Source: a candidate division WOR-3 bacterium (lineage in GTDB: Bacteria > Hydrothermota > Hydrothermia > B15-G9 > WFZT01). Taken from it: DNA of 37,076 bases. The DNA lies in NCBI GenBank assembly GCA_027053075.1, contig JALUEE010000071.1, forward strand, positions 1 through 37,076. The letters are read 5' to 3'. Position 1 is the first letter of the stretch; every line of letters begins with the position of its first letter. Of this stretch, positions 28,579 through 36,951 are shown piece by piece. The position numbers and the translations under genes are program-made. Below the pieces are notes generated by a model. That model searched no databases and had not been told where the DNA came from. It saw only the letters and a list, made by a program, of their open reading frames with translations.

Positions 28579-29796
28579 ATGAAGAAACTGTTTATCCTTT
28601 TATTTGTCACGGGCCTGTTATCGGCCCAGTTTGCACCTGATACGACTAACTCCGTGGGTGGCGGGCTTGGTATGGCAGTGATTGATGGCAACCCTTATTT
28701 CACCTTAAATCTTGCAACCGAATTACATTTTGGAAAGTTTGGACTTGGCCTGAATATCCCACTGCTTTACAGCCCAAAAGAAGGGATTAGAAAAGAGGAC
28801 TGGAACTCTAAAAGAGATTACGCAAGAATAATATCCTATGTGAGATACGGATACAAAGGTGATCCGTTCTACATAAGAATCGGCGCACTCTCCCATACGA
28901 CGCTCGGGCACGGTTTTCTTGTTTACAACTACAATAATCGGATACGCGAAGACGAAGTAAAAGTGGGGGCTGAACTTTATGTTGACAGGGGATTCTTTGG
29001 ATTTGAAGGATTTAACAGTGACTTCGGTAGACTTGGATTGATGGGAATAAGGGGATTTGTGCGGCCATTTAAGAACGTCCCTATTGCAGGTAGATTGCAG
29101 TTTGGCGGAAGCTTTGTCCGTGACTTTGATCCAGATGAGAGAGAGGCCACACACGACGGTATCTCCGCTTTGGGGCTTGATGCCGGTTTCCCTATATTCC
29201 AGTACTCTCTTTTAAGTTCCACGGTTTACGCTGACTATGGGACCATCGTTAAGCACGGACACGGATTTGCAGAGGGGATTATCTTCAGCTTGAACGGCAT
29301 TGGAATCTTTGACCTTGGAGTAAAACTTGAGGAAAGGCAACTATCCCCACATTTCACGCCTGCATATTTCAACTCGATGTATGAAGTTGATAAACCATAC
29401 AAAGAGGCGAAGCTTGACAGCATCACTCAAAAGGTTGACGGCACATTTGGTGAACTTTACGGTGAAGCCCTGGGGAAGCTGAGAGTCTCTGGAAATTACT
29501 TCCACAAGAAAAATGTTAAAAACAGTGGGGTTCTAAATATTCTTGCCACCACTGGTGATATGTTCCCTGTCTTCACTCTGAACTGGCGGTACTACAAAGA
29601 CCAGATAGAGACCATGAAAGATGTCTTTACCATCAATGACCGGTCCATTCTTTTCACGGAAATTGGCTACAGGCTAAACCCATACATGACCGTGTTCACA
29701 GTAATTAAAAGAACTTATCGTTATGACGAAGAGACGGGTAAATATAAGCCCACAGACCGCTACGGTGTCAGGGTAGAATTTAACTGGCATTTTTAA
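28579..29796 (+). CDS. Hypothetical exported protein, probable outer-membrane beta-barrel
   Basis: SD AAGGAGG, signal peptide MKKLFILLFVTGLLSA|Q, Gly/aromatic-rich alternating strands, C-terminal YGVRVEFNWHF ending in Phe. Confidence 0.7.
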   Translation: MKKLFILLFVTGLLSAQFAPDTTNSVGGGLGMAVIDGNPYFTLNLATELHFGKFGLGLNIPLLYSPKEGIRKEDWNSKRDYARIISYVRYGYKGDPFYIRIGALSHTTLGHGFLVYNYNNRIREDEVKVGAELYVDRGFFGFEGFNSDFGRLGLMGIRGFVRPFKNVPIAGRLQFGGSFVRDFDPDEREATHDGISALGLDAGFPIFQYSLLSSTVYADYGTIVKHGHGFAEGIIFSLNGIGIFDLGVKLEERQLSPHFTPAYFNSMYEVDKPYKEAKLDSITQKVDGTFGELYGEALGKLRVSGNYFHKKNVKNSGVLNILATTGDMFPVFTLNWRYYKDQIETMKDVFTINDRSILFTEIGYRLNPYMTVFTVIKRTYRYDEETGKYKPTDRYGVRVEFNWHF

Positions 29797-29804
29797 GTTT
29801 TTAA

Positions 29805-29835
29805 GGGGGGGCGTGCACTTCGTGCACGCCCCCCT
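29805..29835. terminator. Strong GC hairpin 8 nt after the operon end (possible atypical terminator or processing stem)
   Basis: GGGGGGCGTGCAC-TTC-GTGCACGCCCCCC forms a 13-bp perfect stem, but there is no U-tract on either strand. Confidence 0.45.
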
Positions 29836-29853
29836 AAATCGGCCCCTGGTTGA

Positions 29854-30134
29854 GAGCTTGTTCGAAAACTCTGAATTAATCCCTGTGTTAAGTCTTGTTG
29901 ATAGCTACACGTAAAAATTTTTCCTCCCCCCGCATAAATTTATTTGCGGGGGGAGGATGAAAGGAGAGGGGTCACATCTGTGAGAAAAGGTTGTGATGAG
30001 GGGTTACATCTTGATTTTTCAAATTTTTGAGCTGAGACTCCACCTGTATCCTTCCAAATTCAAGGTAAAGAAGATACTGACATGCACCAATTATGTGACA
30101 CCAATCTTGGACGTTGTAATTTCTAAACAGGCTC
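29854..30134. mobile_element. Possible MITE-like non-autonomous element (281 bp)
   Basis: The ends GAGCTTGTTCGAAAA and reverse-complemented GAGCCTGTTTAGAAA match at 11/15 positions. No ORF; contains a hairpin repeat; no clear target-site duplication. Confidence 0.35.
29922..29971 (-). repeat. BoxC-like pyrimidine-tail plus hairpin repeat
   Basis: Minus strand CCCCTCTCCTTTCA + TCCTCCCCCCGCA-N10-TGCGGGGGGAGGA (13-bp perfect stem). Confidence 0.6.
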
Positions 30135-30143
30135 ACCCTGTCG

Positions 30144-30173
30144 TTGACATTGTAAATTCGGGAAAAGTATAAT
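30144..30173 (+). promoter_or_regulatory. sigma70-type promoter of glyQ-glyS-polA
   Basis: Perfect TTGACA (30144-30149), 18 nt, perfect TATAAT (30168-30173). Confidence 0.8.
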
Positions 30174-30183
30174 TAGTGCCATC

Positions 30184-31062
30184 ATGTTAACGTTCCAGGA
30201 TATAATTCTTAAGCTACAGGACTACTGGGCAAGACAGAACTGCGTTATCCTCCAACCATACAATTCAGAGGTAGGTGCAGGTACATTTAATCCCGCTACA
30301 TTTTTGAGGTCCCTCGGCCCGGAGCCCTGGAGAACCGCTTATGTCGAGCCTTCAAGACGTCCAAAGGATGGACGTTACGCAGAAAACCCTAATCGCGTCC
30401 AGCAGTACCATCAGTTCCAGGTCATTCTAAAACCCCCTCCGGCTGATGTTCAGGAGCTTTACCTTAATTCTCTGCGTGCACTCGGTATCGAGATTGAAAA
30501 ACATGATATTAGGTTTGTTGAAGATGATTGGGAGTCCCCGACTCTGGGGGCCTGGGGGCTCGGTTGGGAAGTCTGGCTCGATGGGCTTGAGATTACACAG
30601 TTTACGTATTTCCAGCAGGTGGGAAGCATTGATCTTGAAGTGATTTCAGCAGAAATTACCTACGGACTTGAAAGAATAGCCATGTACGTCCAGGGTGTCG
30701 AGTCCATCTTTGACATTGTTTGGGTCGATGGCATTACATGGGGGGAGATTTATAAGGACTTCGAATACCAATTCTCGGTCTATAACTACGAGGAGGCAGA
30801 CGTTGAGTTTCACCGCATGCTCTTCAGTAAATACGAGGAAGAGGCTAATAGACTTCTTGATAAAAAACTTCTTTACCCGGGATACGATTTTGTTTTGAAA
30901 ATGTCCCACACGTTCAACATTTTGGACGCACGGGGTGCCCTCTCCGTTTCTGAGCGCGCGACATATATTCAGCGTGTTAGAAAGATGGCCCGCAAGGCTG
31001 CATCCCTTTACATTGAACTTAGAGAAGAAAAAGGATTCCCACTTTTGAGGGGGAAGAAATGA
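30184..31062 (+). CDS. glyQ: Glycine--tRNA ligase alpha subunit
   Basis: [38 protein letters not shown] and EITYGLER motifs. Confidence 0.98.
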   Translation: MLTFQDIILKLQDYWARQNCVILQPYNSEVGAGTFNPATFLRSLGPEPWRTAYVEPSRRPKDGRYAENPNRVQQYHQFQVILKPPPADVQELYLNSLRALGIEIEKHDIRFVEDDWESPTLGAWGLGWEVWLDGLEITQFTYFQQVGSIDLEVISAEITYGLERIAMYVQGVESIFDIVWVDGITWGEIYKDFEYQFSVYNYEEADVEFHRMLFSKYEEEANRLLDKKLLYPGYDFVLKMSHTFNILDARGALSVSERATYIQRVRKMARKAASLYIELREEKGFPLLRGKK

Positions 31063-33146
31063 AACCGTTACTTTTTGAATTGGGCGTCGAGGAACTACCA
31101 CCTTCTTACGTTACCATTGGTTCTCGTGAGCTGAGAGCCAAGTTTGAGGACTTTTTTAAGAAAAACAGGATTGAATTTGAGGGGCTGCGGGTATTTGCAA
31201 CTCCGAGAAGATTCGCAATTTTAGCCGAGAAAGTTGCCGAAAAGCAGTCCGAATGGGAAAAAGAAATTATTGGACCACCTGTGAGGGTGGCATTTGATGC
31301 GTCTGGTAATCCCACAAAGGCCGCTATTTCCTTTGCAAAATCAGCTGGAGTGGATGTTAAAGACCTGAAAATTGTTACCAACAAAAAAGGCGAATACGTG
31401 GCAGCCGTTGTCAAAGAGGGTGGGGTGGATACAGCAGAGTTGCTGAAAGAGGCGGTTCCTGAGATTGTTGCATCTCTCAAATTTAAGAAAACCATGAGAT
31501 GGGCGGATTCATTTCGATTCCCGAGGCCCATCCGCTGGATTGTTTTTCTCTTTGGTCAGGATGCCATTGAAATTGAAATAGCTGGCGTGCGGTCTGGAAA
31601 CATCACTCGTGGGCACAGATTGATTTCTCCCGGAGAAGTTGAAATTCAGGACCCTCTTAGCTATGAAGAGCTGATGGAGAAGCACTTTGTTATCGCTGAT
31701 TTGAAGAAACGCAGAGAAATGGTGGTGGAGAAGATAAAAGAGGAAGCTTCAAAAATTGGTGGCGAGGTGATTCCCGATGACGAGCTGATTGACGAGGTTA
31801 CAAATCTTGTGGAATTTCCCGAGGCTGTGCTTGGAAGTTTTGAAGAAAAATACCTCGAGCTCTCTGACGATGTGGTCATCACGGCCATGAAGCAGCACCA
31901 GAGATACTTCTCCGTTGTGAACAAAGATGGAAAATTGCTCCCACATTTCGTGGCTGTTATCAACAATCTTGCTGAATACGAGGATTTTATCAGGCCGGGT
32001 CTTGAGCGGGTTCTCCGCGCAAGATTGGAGGATGCAAAATTTTATTATGAAGAAGACCTGAAGATACCCCTTGAGGACCGTGTTGAGAAGCTAAAAGGGG
32101 TTGTCTGGCGCGAGATGGACGGGCAGGTGATTTCGGTTTATGAAAAGGTGATGAGGGTTAAGGAGCTTGCCCTGAAACTGGCAGAGAATGACGATAGTGT
32201 GGATAAAAGCGTTATCGAGCGAGGTGCACTGCTCTCCAAAACCGACCTCACCACTGAGATGATCCGCGACGGAAAAGAATTTACCAAGTTAGAGGGTAAA
32301 ATCGGGATGGAATATGCCCTTGCCCTCGGTGAAGACGAAAGGGTGGCGAAAGTTATCTTTGAGCACCATCTGCCGAGGTTTTCAGGTGACCAGCTTCCAA
32401 CACAAAAAGAGTCTGCTTATGTCGGGATTGCTGACAGGATTGACACGATAGTTGGTATTTTTGCCACCGGTTACGAAGTCAAAGGCTCTCAGGACCCCCT
32501 CGGTATCAGAAAACTTTCCTACGGATTGATTGACCTTATCCTTGGCCTCGAAATAAAGATTGACCTTGAGGATGCCATCGGAAAGTCCATGGAGATTTAC
32601 GGCATCGATGATGAAACCCTGCTGAAGAAGATTCTTGATTTCATCTTCACAAGATTTGAAAACTACCTCGAGGAAAGACTCGGGGTGAGGTATGACATCG
32701 TTGATGCGGTTATCGCATCAGGGATAAAGGACCTTGTTAATCTGAAAAACAGGGCCGTTGCGCTGAACGACCTGCTTCTCAAAGAGCCAGAGGTGTTTGA
32801 AAAGGTGGTGATTGGTCAAAAGAGGGTGGCAAATATTTTAAAAAATGCAGGTGAGCTGCCGGAAATCAATCCTGAACTTTTCGAGAAAGAGGAGGAGCGC
32901 GTCCTCTTTGAAACCGCTAAAAATATTGAGCCAAAGGTAATTGATGCCCTCAATCGCGAGGAATTTAGAGAGGCATTGAACCACCTTCTTGTTCTCAAAG
33001 ACCCCATTGATAAATTTTTCGACAACGTTTTCGTTATGACAGAAAACGAGAGTGTTCGGAAGAATCGGCTCGCGTTACTCAAATTTGTGCGTCGGATTTT
33101 CAACCACTACGGTGACCTTTCTAAGGTCGTCGTTGAAGGACAATGA
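31059..33146 (+). CDS. glyS: Glycine--tRNA ligase beta subunit
   Basis: [17 protein letters not shown]...FPRPIRW, HQRYF, RARLEDA, GSQDPLG and FFDNVFVM...NRLALL motifs. Confidence 0.97.
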   Translation: MKPLLFELGVEELPPSYVTIGSRELRAKFEDFFKKNRIEFEGLRVFATPRRFAILAEKVAEKQSEWEKEIIGPPVRVAFDASGNPTKAAISFAKSAGVDVKDLKIVTNKKGEYVAAVVKEGGVDTAELLKEAVPEIVASLKFKKTMRWADSFRFPRPIRWIVFLFGQDAIEIEIAGVRSGNITRGHRLISPGEVEIQDPLSYEELMEKHFVIADLKKRREMVVEKIKEEASKIGGEVIPDDELIDEVTNLVEFPEAVLGSFEEKYLELSDDVVITAMKQHQRYFSVVNKDGKLLPHFVAVINNLAEYEDFIRPGLERVLRARLEDAKFYYEEDLKIPLEDRVEKLKGVVWREMDGQVISVYEKVMRVKELALKLAENDDSVDKSVIERGALLSKTDLTTEMIRDGKEFTKLEGKIGMEYALALGEDERVAKVIFEHHLPRFSGDQLPTQKESAYVGIADRIDTIVGIFATGYEVKGSQDPLGIRKLSYGLIDLILGLEIKIDLEDAIGKSMEIYGIDDETLLKKILDFIFTRFENYLEERLGVRYDIVDAVIASGIKDLVNLKNRAVALNDLLLKEPEVFEKVVIGQKRVANILKNAGELPEINPELFEKEEERVLFETAKNIEPKVIDALNREEFREALNHLLVLKDPIDKFFDNVFVMTENESVRKNRLALLKFVRRIFNHYGDLSKVVVEGQ

Positions 33147-35638
33147 GTAAGATTCTCCTGATTGATGGAACTTCCCTTGCCTATCGAGCATTTTTCGCAT
33201 TCTCAAAAAATCCGCTGAGGAACTCTAAAGGGGAAAACACCAGCGCTGCCTTTGCCTTCACAAATTCGCTTCTAAAACTCTTAAAAACCGTTAAGCCTGA
33301 TTATGTTGCTCTCGTTTTTGATGCCAAGGGGCCAACCTTCAGGCATGAGAGATTTAAGGAGTACAAAGCTCAGCGACCTCCCATGCCAACAGAGCTCTCC
33401 ATGAACCTCCAATGGATTAAGGAAATCGGCGAGGGTTTCGGCATCACAATATACGAAATTCCCGGCTTTGAGGCAGACGACATTCTCGTGACCCTTGCAA
33501 AAAAGGCCGCAGACAAGGGACTCGAAGTTGTTATTGTAACAAGCGATAAGGACCTGCTACAGATTGTAAACGATAGGATTCACGTCCTCGACACGAGGCC
33601 CAAAGAGGATATTCTCTACACGCCGGAAAAGGTTAAAGAAAAGTTTGGAATCCCACCTGAAAGGATACCAGACCTCCTTGCTTTGATGGGTGACCAGATT
33701 GATAACATCCCGGGAGTGCCGGGAATAGGTGAGAAGACCGCCATAAATTTGATCAATGAATTTGGATCCCTTGAGAATCTTTACGAAAATATCGACAAAG
33801 TGAAGCGGAAAAATGTCCGTGAGAATTTGAAAAGATTCAAAGATCAGGTCTTCATGGCAAGGGAGCTTGCAAAGCTCGATATTGATTCCCCTGTGGAGCT
33901 TGACCTCGAAAAACTTAGGCTGAGGCCGCCGGACAGGGGCAAGCTTTTTGCAATTTTCAGACGACTCGAGTTTACCAGCCTGATGAAGGAGATGGCAAAA
34001 AGGCCCGAGGGAATCGAAATCCTCGAGGTGGAAGAGCCCGAGATCAAAGATGGAGTCGCATTAAGCGTAAGAGAAAATGCACTTTTTGTGGGAAATGACC
34101 CGCAGAAGATATTTAAAACTGCGAAAGAGAAGCTCCCATCTGTTATCAAGAATTCGCCAAAGTGGACTTTTGATTCAAAAAATGTGTATAAACATCTGCT
34201 TGAGCTTGGTCGTAAGCCTGAGATATTTGATTTTGACATGATGCTTGCAGATTACCTTATGGAGCCCGAAAGGCCCAAATACGATTCATCCTACCTGGCA
34301 ATGCATTACCTTGGGCTTGCCTTTGAGCAGGATGAACCTGAAGCGCCCGCCTACGAAGTCTCCCTTGTCCTTCAGACCCGGGAGTTTATTGAGGAAGAGC
34401 TTGAAAAACTCGAGCTCGCAAAACTTTATCGCGAGATTGAGCTTCCACTTGCCTATGTCCTTGCGAAGATGGAACATCGGGGCATTTTGCTTGATAGACA
34501 GAGGCTTAAGAAGTTGGATATTGAGATTCAAAAGCAGTTGATCAAGCTGGAGCAAAAAATCTATGAGCTCGCAGGAACCAAATTCAATATCAATTCACCA
34601 AAGCAGCTGTCCCACGTGCTTTTTGAGCGTCTAAAACTTCCACCTATAAAAAAGACAAAGTCGGGATACTCCACCGATGCAGAGGTTTTAACTAAGCTTG
34701 CAGCTATCCATGAGCTGCCGAAGACCATCTTAGAATTCAGGGAACTTTACAAGGTTCGGTCTACCTATGTGCTTTCATTGCTCGACCTTCAGGACCCCAA
34801 AACCGGCCGAATCCATCCCACTTATAATCAGACGGGAACCGCCACGGGCAGGATTTCATGCACAAACCCCAATATTCAAAATATCCCCATCCGCGGTGAA
34901 ATTGGCAGAATGGTGAGGGATGCCTTTGTGGCGCCCGAGGGATACGTTCTCATTTCCGCTGATTACTCACAGATTGAGCTCAGAATTCTTGCACACATCA
35001 CGGGAGATGAAAATCTAAAGAAGGCATTTTTAGAAGGTGAGGATATCCACAGGAAAACTGCTTCGTTTATCACGGGCAAGGCCCCTGAAGACGTGGATGA
35101 AAATGACAGGAGAAGGGCAAAGGTTGTTAACTTTGGCATAGCTTATGGTATGAGCCCATTTGGACTCGCGAAGGAGCTTGGAATCTCCAACGAAGAGGCC
35201 GCCGGGATAATTTTGAACTATTTCCTTTCATACCCACGTGTGAAGGAGTGGATTGACAGAACCCTCGAAGAAGCGAGGAAAAAGGGATATGTGACGACCA
35301 TAATGGGTCGCAGGAGGTATGTTTACAACATTAACAATCCCAACCGCCAGGTGAGGGAATTTTTTGAAAGAATAGCCATCAATGCCCCTATTCAAGGCTC
35401 TGCCGCTGATTTGATCAAAAAAGCGATGATTGATGTGAATAAGGCATTTGAGGAGGAAGGGCTGGATGCTCATCTCATTATTCAGGTGCACGATGAGCTC
35501 CTTGTGGAGGTGAATGAAAAAGATTTTGAGCGTGCACGTGAAGTCATAAAGGAAAAGATGGAGAATGCGATAAAGTTAGATGTGCCAATAGTTGTAGATA
35601 TTGGCTCGGGACACTCCTGGCTCGAAGCCCACAGCTAA
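33143..35638 (+). CDS. polA: DNA polymerase I (5' nuclease plus polymerase; reduced 3'-5' exonuclease domain)
   Basis: LLIDG..LAYRAFFA, EADD, DNIPGVPGIGEKTA; motif A DYSQIELR, motif B RRRAKVVNFGIAYG, motif C QVHDEL. Confidence 0.97.
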   Translation: MSKILLIDGTSLAYRAFFAFSKNPLRNSKGENTSAAFAFTNSLLKLLKTVKPDYVALVFDAKGPTFRHERFKEYKAQRPPMPTELSMNLQWIKEIGEGFGITIYEIPGFEADDILVTLAKKAADKGLEVVIVTSDKDLLQIVNDRIHVLDTRPKEDILYTPEKVKEKFGIPPERIPDLLALMGDQIDNIPGVPGIGEKTAINLINEFGSLENLYENIDKVKRKNVRENLKRFKDQVFMARELAKLDIDSPVELDLEKLRLRPPDRGKLFAIFRRLEFTSLMKEMAKRPEGIEILEVEEPEIKDGVALSVRENALFVGNDPQKIFKTAKEKLPSVIKNSPKWTFDSKNVYKHLLELGRKPEIFDFDMMLADYLMEPERPKYDSSYLAMHYLGLAFEQDEPEAPAYEVSLVLQTREFIEEELEKLELAKLYREIELPLAYVLAKMEHRGILLDRQRLKKLDIEIQKQLIKLEQKIYELAGTKFNINSPKQLSHVLFERLKLPPIKKTKSGYSTDAEVLTKLAAIHELPKTILEFRELYKVRSTYVLSLLDLQDPKTGRIHPTYNQTGTATGRISCTNPNIQNIPIRGEIGRMVRDAFVAPEGYVLISADYSQIELRILAHITGDENLKKAFLEGEDIHRKTASFITGKAPEDVDENDRRRAKVVNFGIAYGMSPFGLAKELGISNEEAAGIILNYFLSYPRVKEWIDRTLEEARKKGYVTTIMGRRRYVYNINNPNRQVREFFERIAINAPIQGSAADLIKKAMIDVNKAFEEEGLDAHLIIQVHDELLVEVNEKDFERAREVIKEKMENAIKLDVPIVVDIGSGHSWLEAHS

Positions 35639-35675
35639 AGCCTTAAAAACTATTTTGGCCTTGCTGTATCAAAAA

Positions 35676-36158
35676 ATGGATCTCTTTGGTTTTGAGGTTA
35701 ATGTACTATTTCTCGTGCAGGACAATGTAGTAGTTGCCTATGGCTGGCATTTTAACAAAGACAAAGCCAGAAAACATCTTGGAAAAATTAAGGAATACCA
35801 CGCTCTCGGGGGCAGGATAATCAAATCGGAGTCACTTGAGGTATGGCTTGAAGAAAGGCTGAGGGGAGTGGTTATTGGAGGCGAGAAATTTAACCTCCCG
35901 GACATTGATTACACGAACAGAAAGGTTTATGAACGTATTATTGAGATTCCCCGAGGTAAAATGGCAACTTATTCAGAAATTGCGAGGCTGAGCGGTGTCC
36001 GTTTTACCGAAATGCTTGTAACTTTAACGCGAAATCCCTTTCAGGTACTGATCCCCTGTCACAGACTCTTAACCAATAAAGGCACTCTTATGGGCTTTTA
36101 CCCCCTCGGAACCAGAGTCAAAAGAAAATTACTCGAATTGGAAGGGGTAAGTATTTGA
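35676..36158 (+). CDS. Methylated-DNA--protein-cysteine methyltransferase (MGMT/Ogt family), divergent
   Basis: IPRGKMATYSEIA, NP..LIPCHR and KRKLLELEG motifs. Start uncertain: ATG 35676 chosen, ORF open from 35601. Confidence 0.8.
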   Translation: MDLFGFEVNVLFLVQDNVVVAYGWHFNKDKARKHLGKIKEYHALGGRIIKSESLEVWLEERLRGVVIGGEKFNLPDIDYTNRKVYERIIEIPRGKMATYSEIARLSGVRFTEMLVTLTRNPFQVLIPCHRLLTNKGTLMGFYPLGTRVKRKLLELEGVSI

Positions 36159-36235
36159 AGATAACTAACTGTGTTTAGTAACAAAAGCGCAGGATAGTTC
36201 CTTTTAATTGGGAATTTATAAAATTCAATATAAAG

Positions 36236-36276
36236 CCCCTCACCCCGTCCCTCTCCCACGTCGTGGGAGAGGGGGA
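36236..36276 (+). repeat. BoxC-like pyrimidine-tail plus hairpin repeat
   Basis: CCCCTCACCCCGT + CCCTCTCCCAC-GTC-GTGGGAGAGGG. Confidence 0.7.
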
Positions 36277-36372
36277 TTAATTAATTTTGGATGTTTTGTT
36301 AGATTCTGATTGTGAATCGCACATTATTTTCATTATTATGTTCTTGGTAAATATAAAATATTTTCACCCATT

Positions 36373-36408
36373 CCACCCCGACCCTGCCTTCCCGGAGGGA
36401 AGGGAGGG
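36373..36408 (+). repeat. BoxC-like pyrimidine-tail plus hairpin repeat
   Basis: CCACCCCGA + CCCTGCCTTCCC-GGA-GGGAAGGGAGGG (11/12 paired). Confidence 0.6.
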
Positions 36409-36538
36409 AGTTCCATTAGCGCTTAAACCAGCATGACAGTTTGAAACTTTTACCAGAAGGCTTGTCCCGTCCTGATATATGTTTACAGTACAACTCCCCA
36501 CGTGGATGATTATAAAACTATTAAAGGAGGTCACTTTT

Positions 36539-36916
36539 ATGCCTGATAACAACAAACATTATACCGAAGCCCTAAAACTCAAGGTTATTAGGGAATTTGA
36601 AGATGGTGCCTCTATTAGTCATTTACGCAGAAAATACGGAATCGGTGGTAATTCCACTATTCAAAAATGGATAAATAAATACAGTCACAAGGCTCAAAAA
36701 ACGTCAAAAATTAAAACAGACAACCAGGAAGAAGTTAGAAGGTTAAAAGAGAGAATAGCCCAGCTTGAGAAGGCTGTATTGAATTTAACAGTAGAGAAGC
36801 TGGTTCTTGAGAGCACATTAGAGGTATATGAGGAAGAGTATGGAGCGAGATTAGGTCAAAAAAAAGAACGCAGATCATCGAGAAGGCGAAGCAGAAAGGA
36901 AAGGGAGAGAAAATAA
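36539..36916 (+). CDS. IS3-family transposase OrfA (HTH plus leucine zipper)
   Basis: SD AAGGAGG; YTEALKLKVI...SISHLRRKYGIGGNSTIQKWINKY HTH followed by coiled coil EVRRLKERIAQLEKAV. Confidence 0.85.
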   Translation: MPDNNKHYTEALKLKVIREFEDGASISHLRRKYGIGGNSTIQKWINKYSHKAQKTSKIKTDNQEEVRRLKERIAQLEKAVLNLTVEKLVLESTLEVYEEEYGARLGQKKERRSSRRRSRKERERK

Positions 36917-36951
36917 AGATGGAAGCTATATGCAGAGTTAAAGGTATAAGT
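36859..36951 (+). pseudogene. IS3 OrfB 5' remnant, truncated by an insertion
   Basis: The -1 frame from the A-run reads KKRTQIIEKAKQKGKGEKIKMEAICRVKGIS, which resembles the OrfB xxlCxxlGiSR start. Similarity ends exactly at the IS256-like end. Confidence 0.65.

Larger units (their letters stand above)
36463..36951 (+). mobile_element. IS3-family insertion sequence, left part (interrupted)
   Basis: TG-starting left end TGTCCCGTCCTGATATATGTTTACA, then orfA, an A8G slippery run at 36858-36866, and the start of orfB in the -1 frame. Confidence 0.8.

Noticed and set aside
29800..30140. T-box riboswitch, tRNA or CRISPR array upstream of glyQ
   Set aside because: No T-box motif or cloverleaf, only two short repeat copies, and the consensus promoter lies downstream of this region.
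36364..36555. 63-aa minus-strand ORF
   Set aside because: It spans a hairpin repeat and the IS3 left end; no coding signal.
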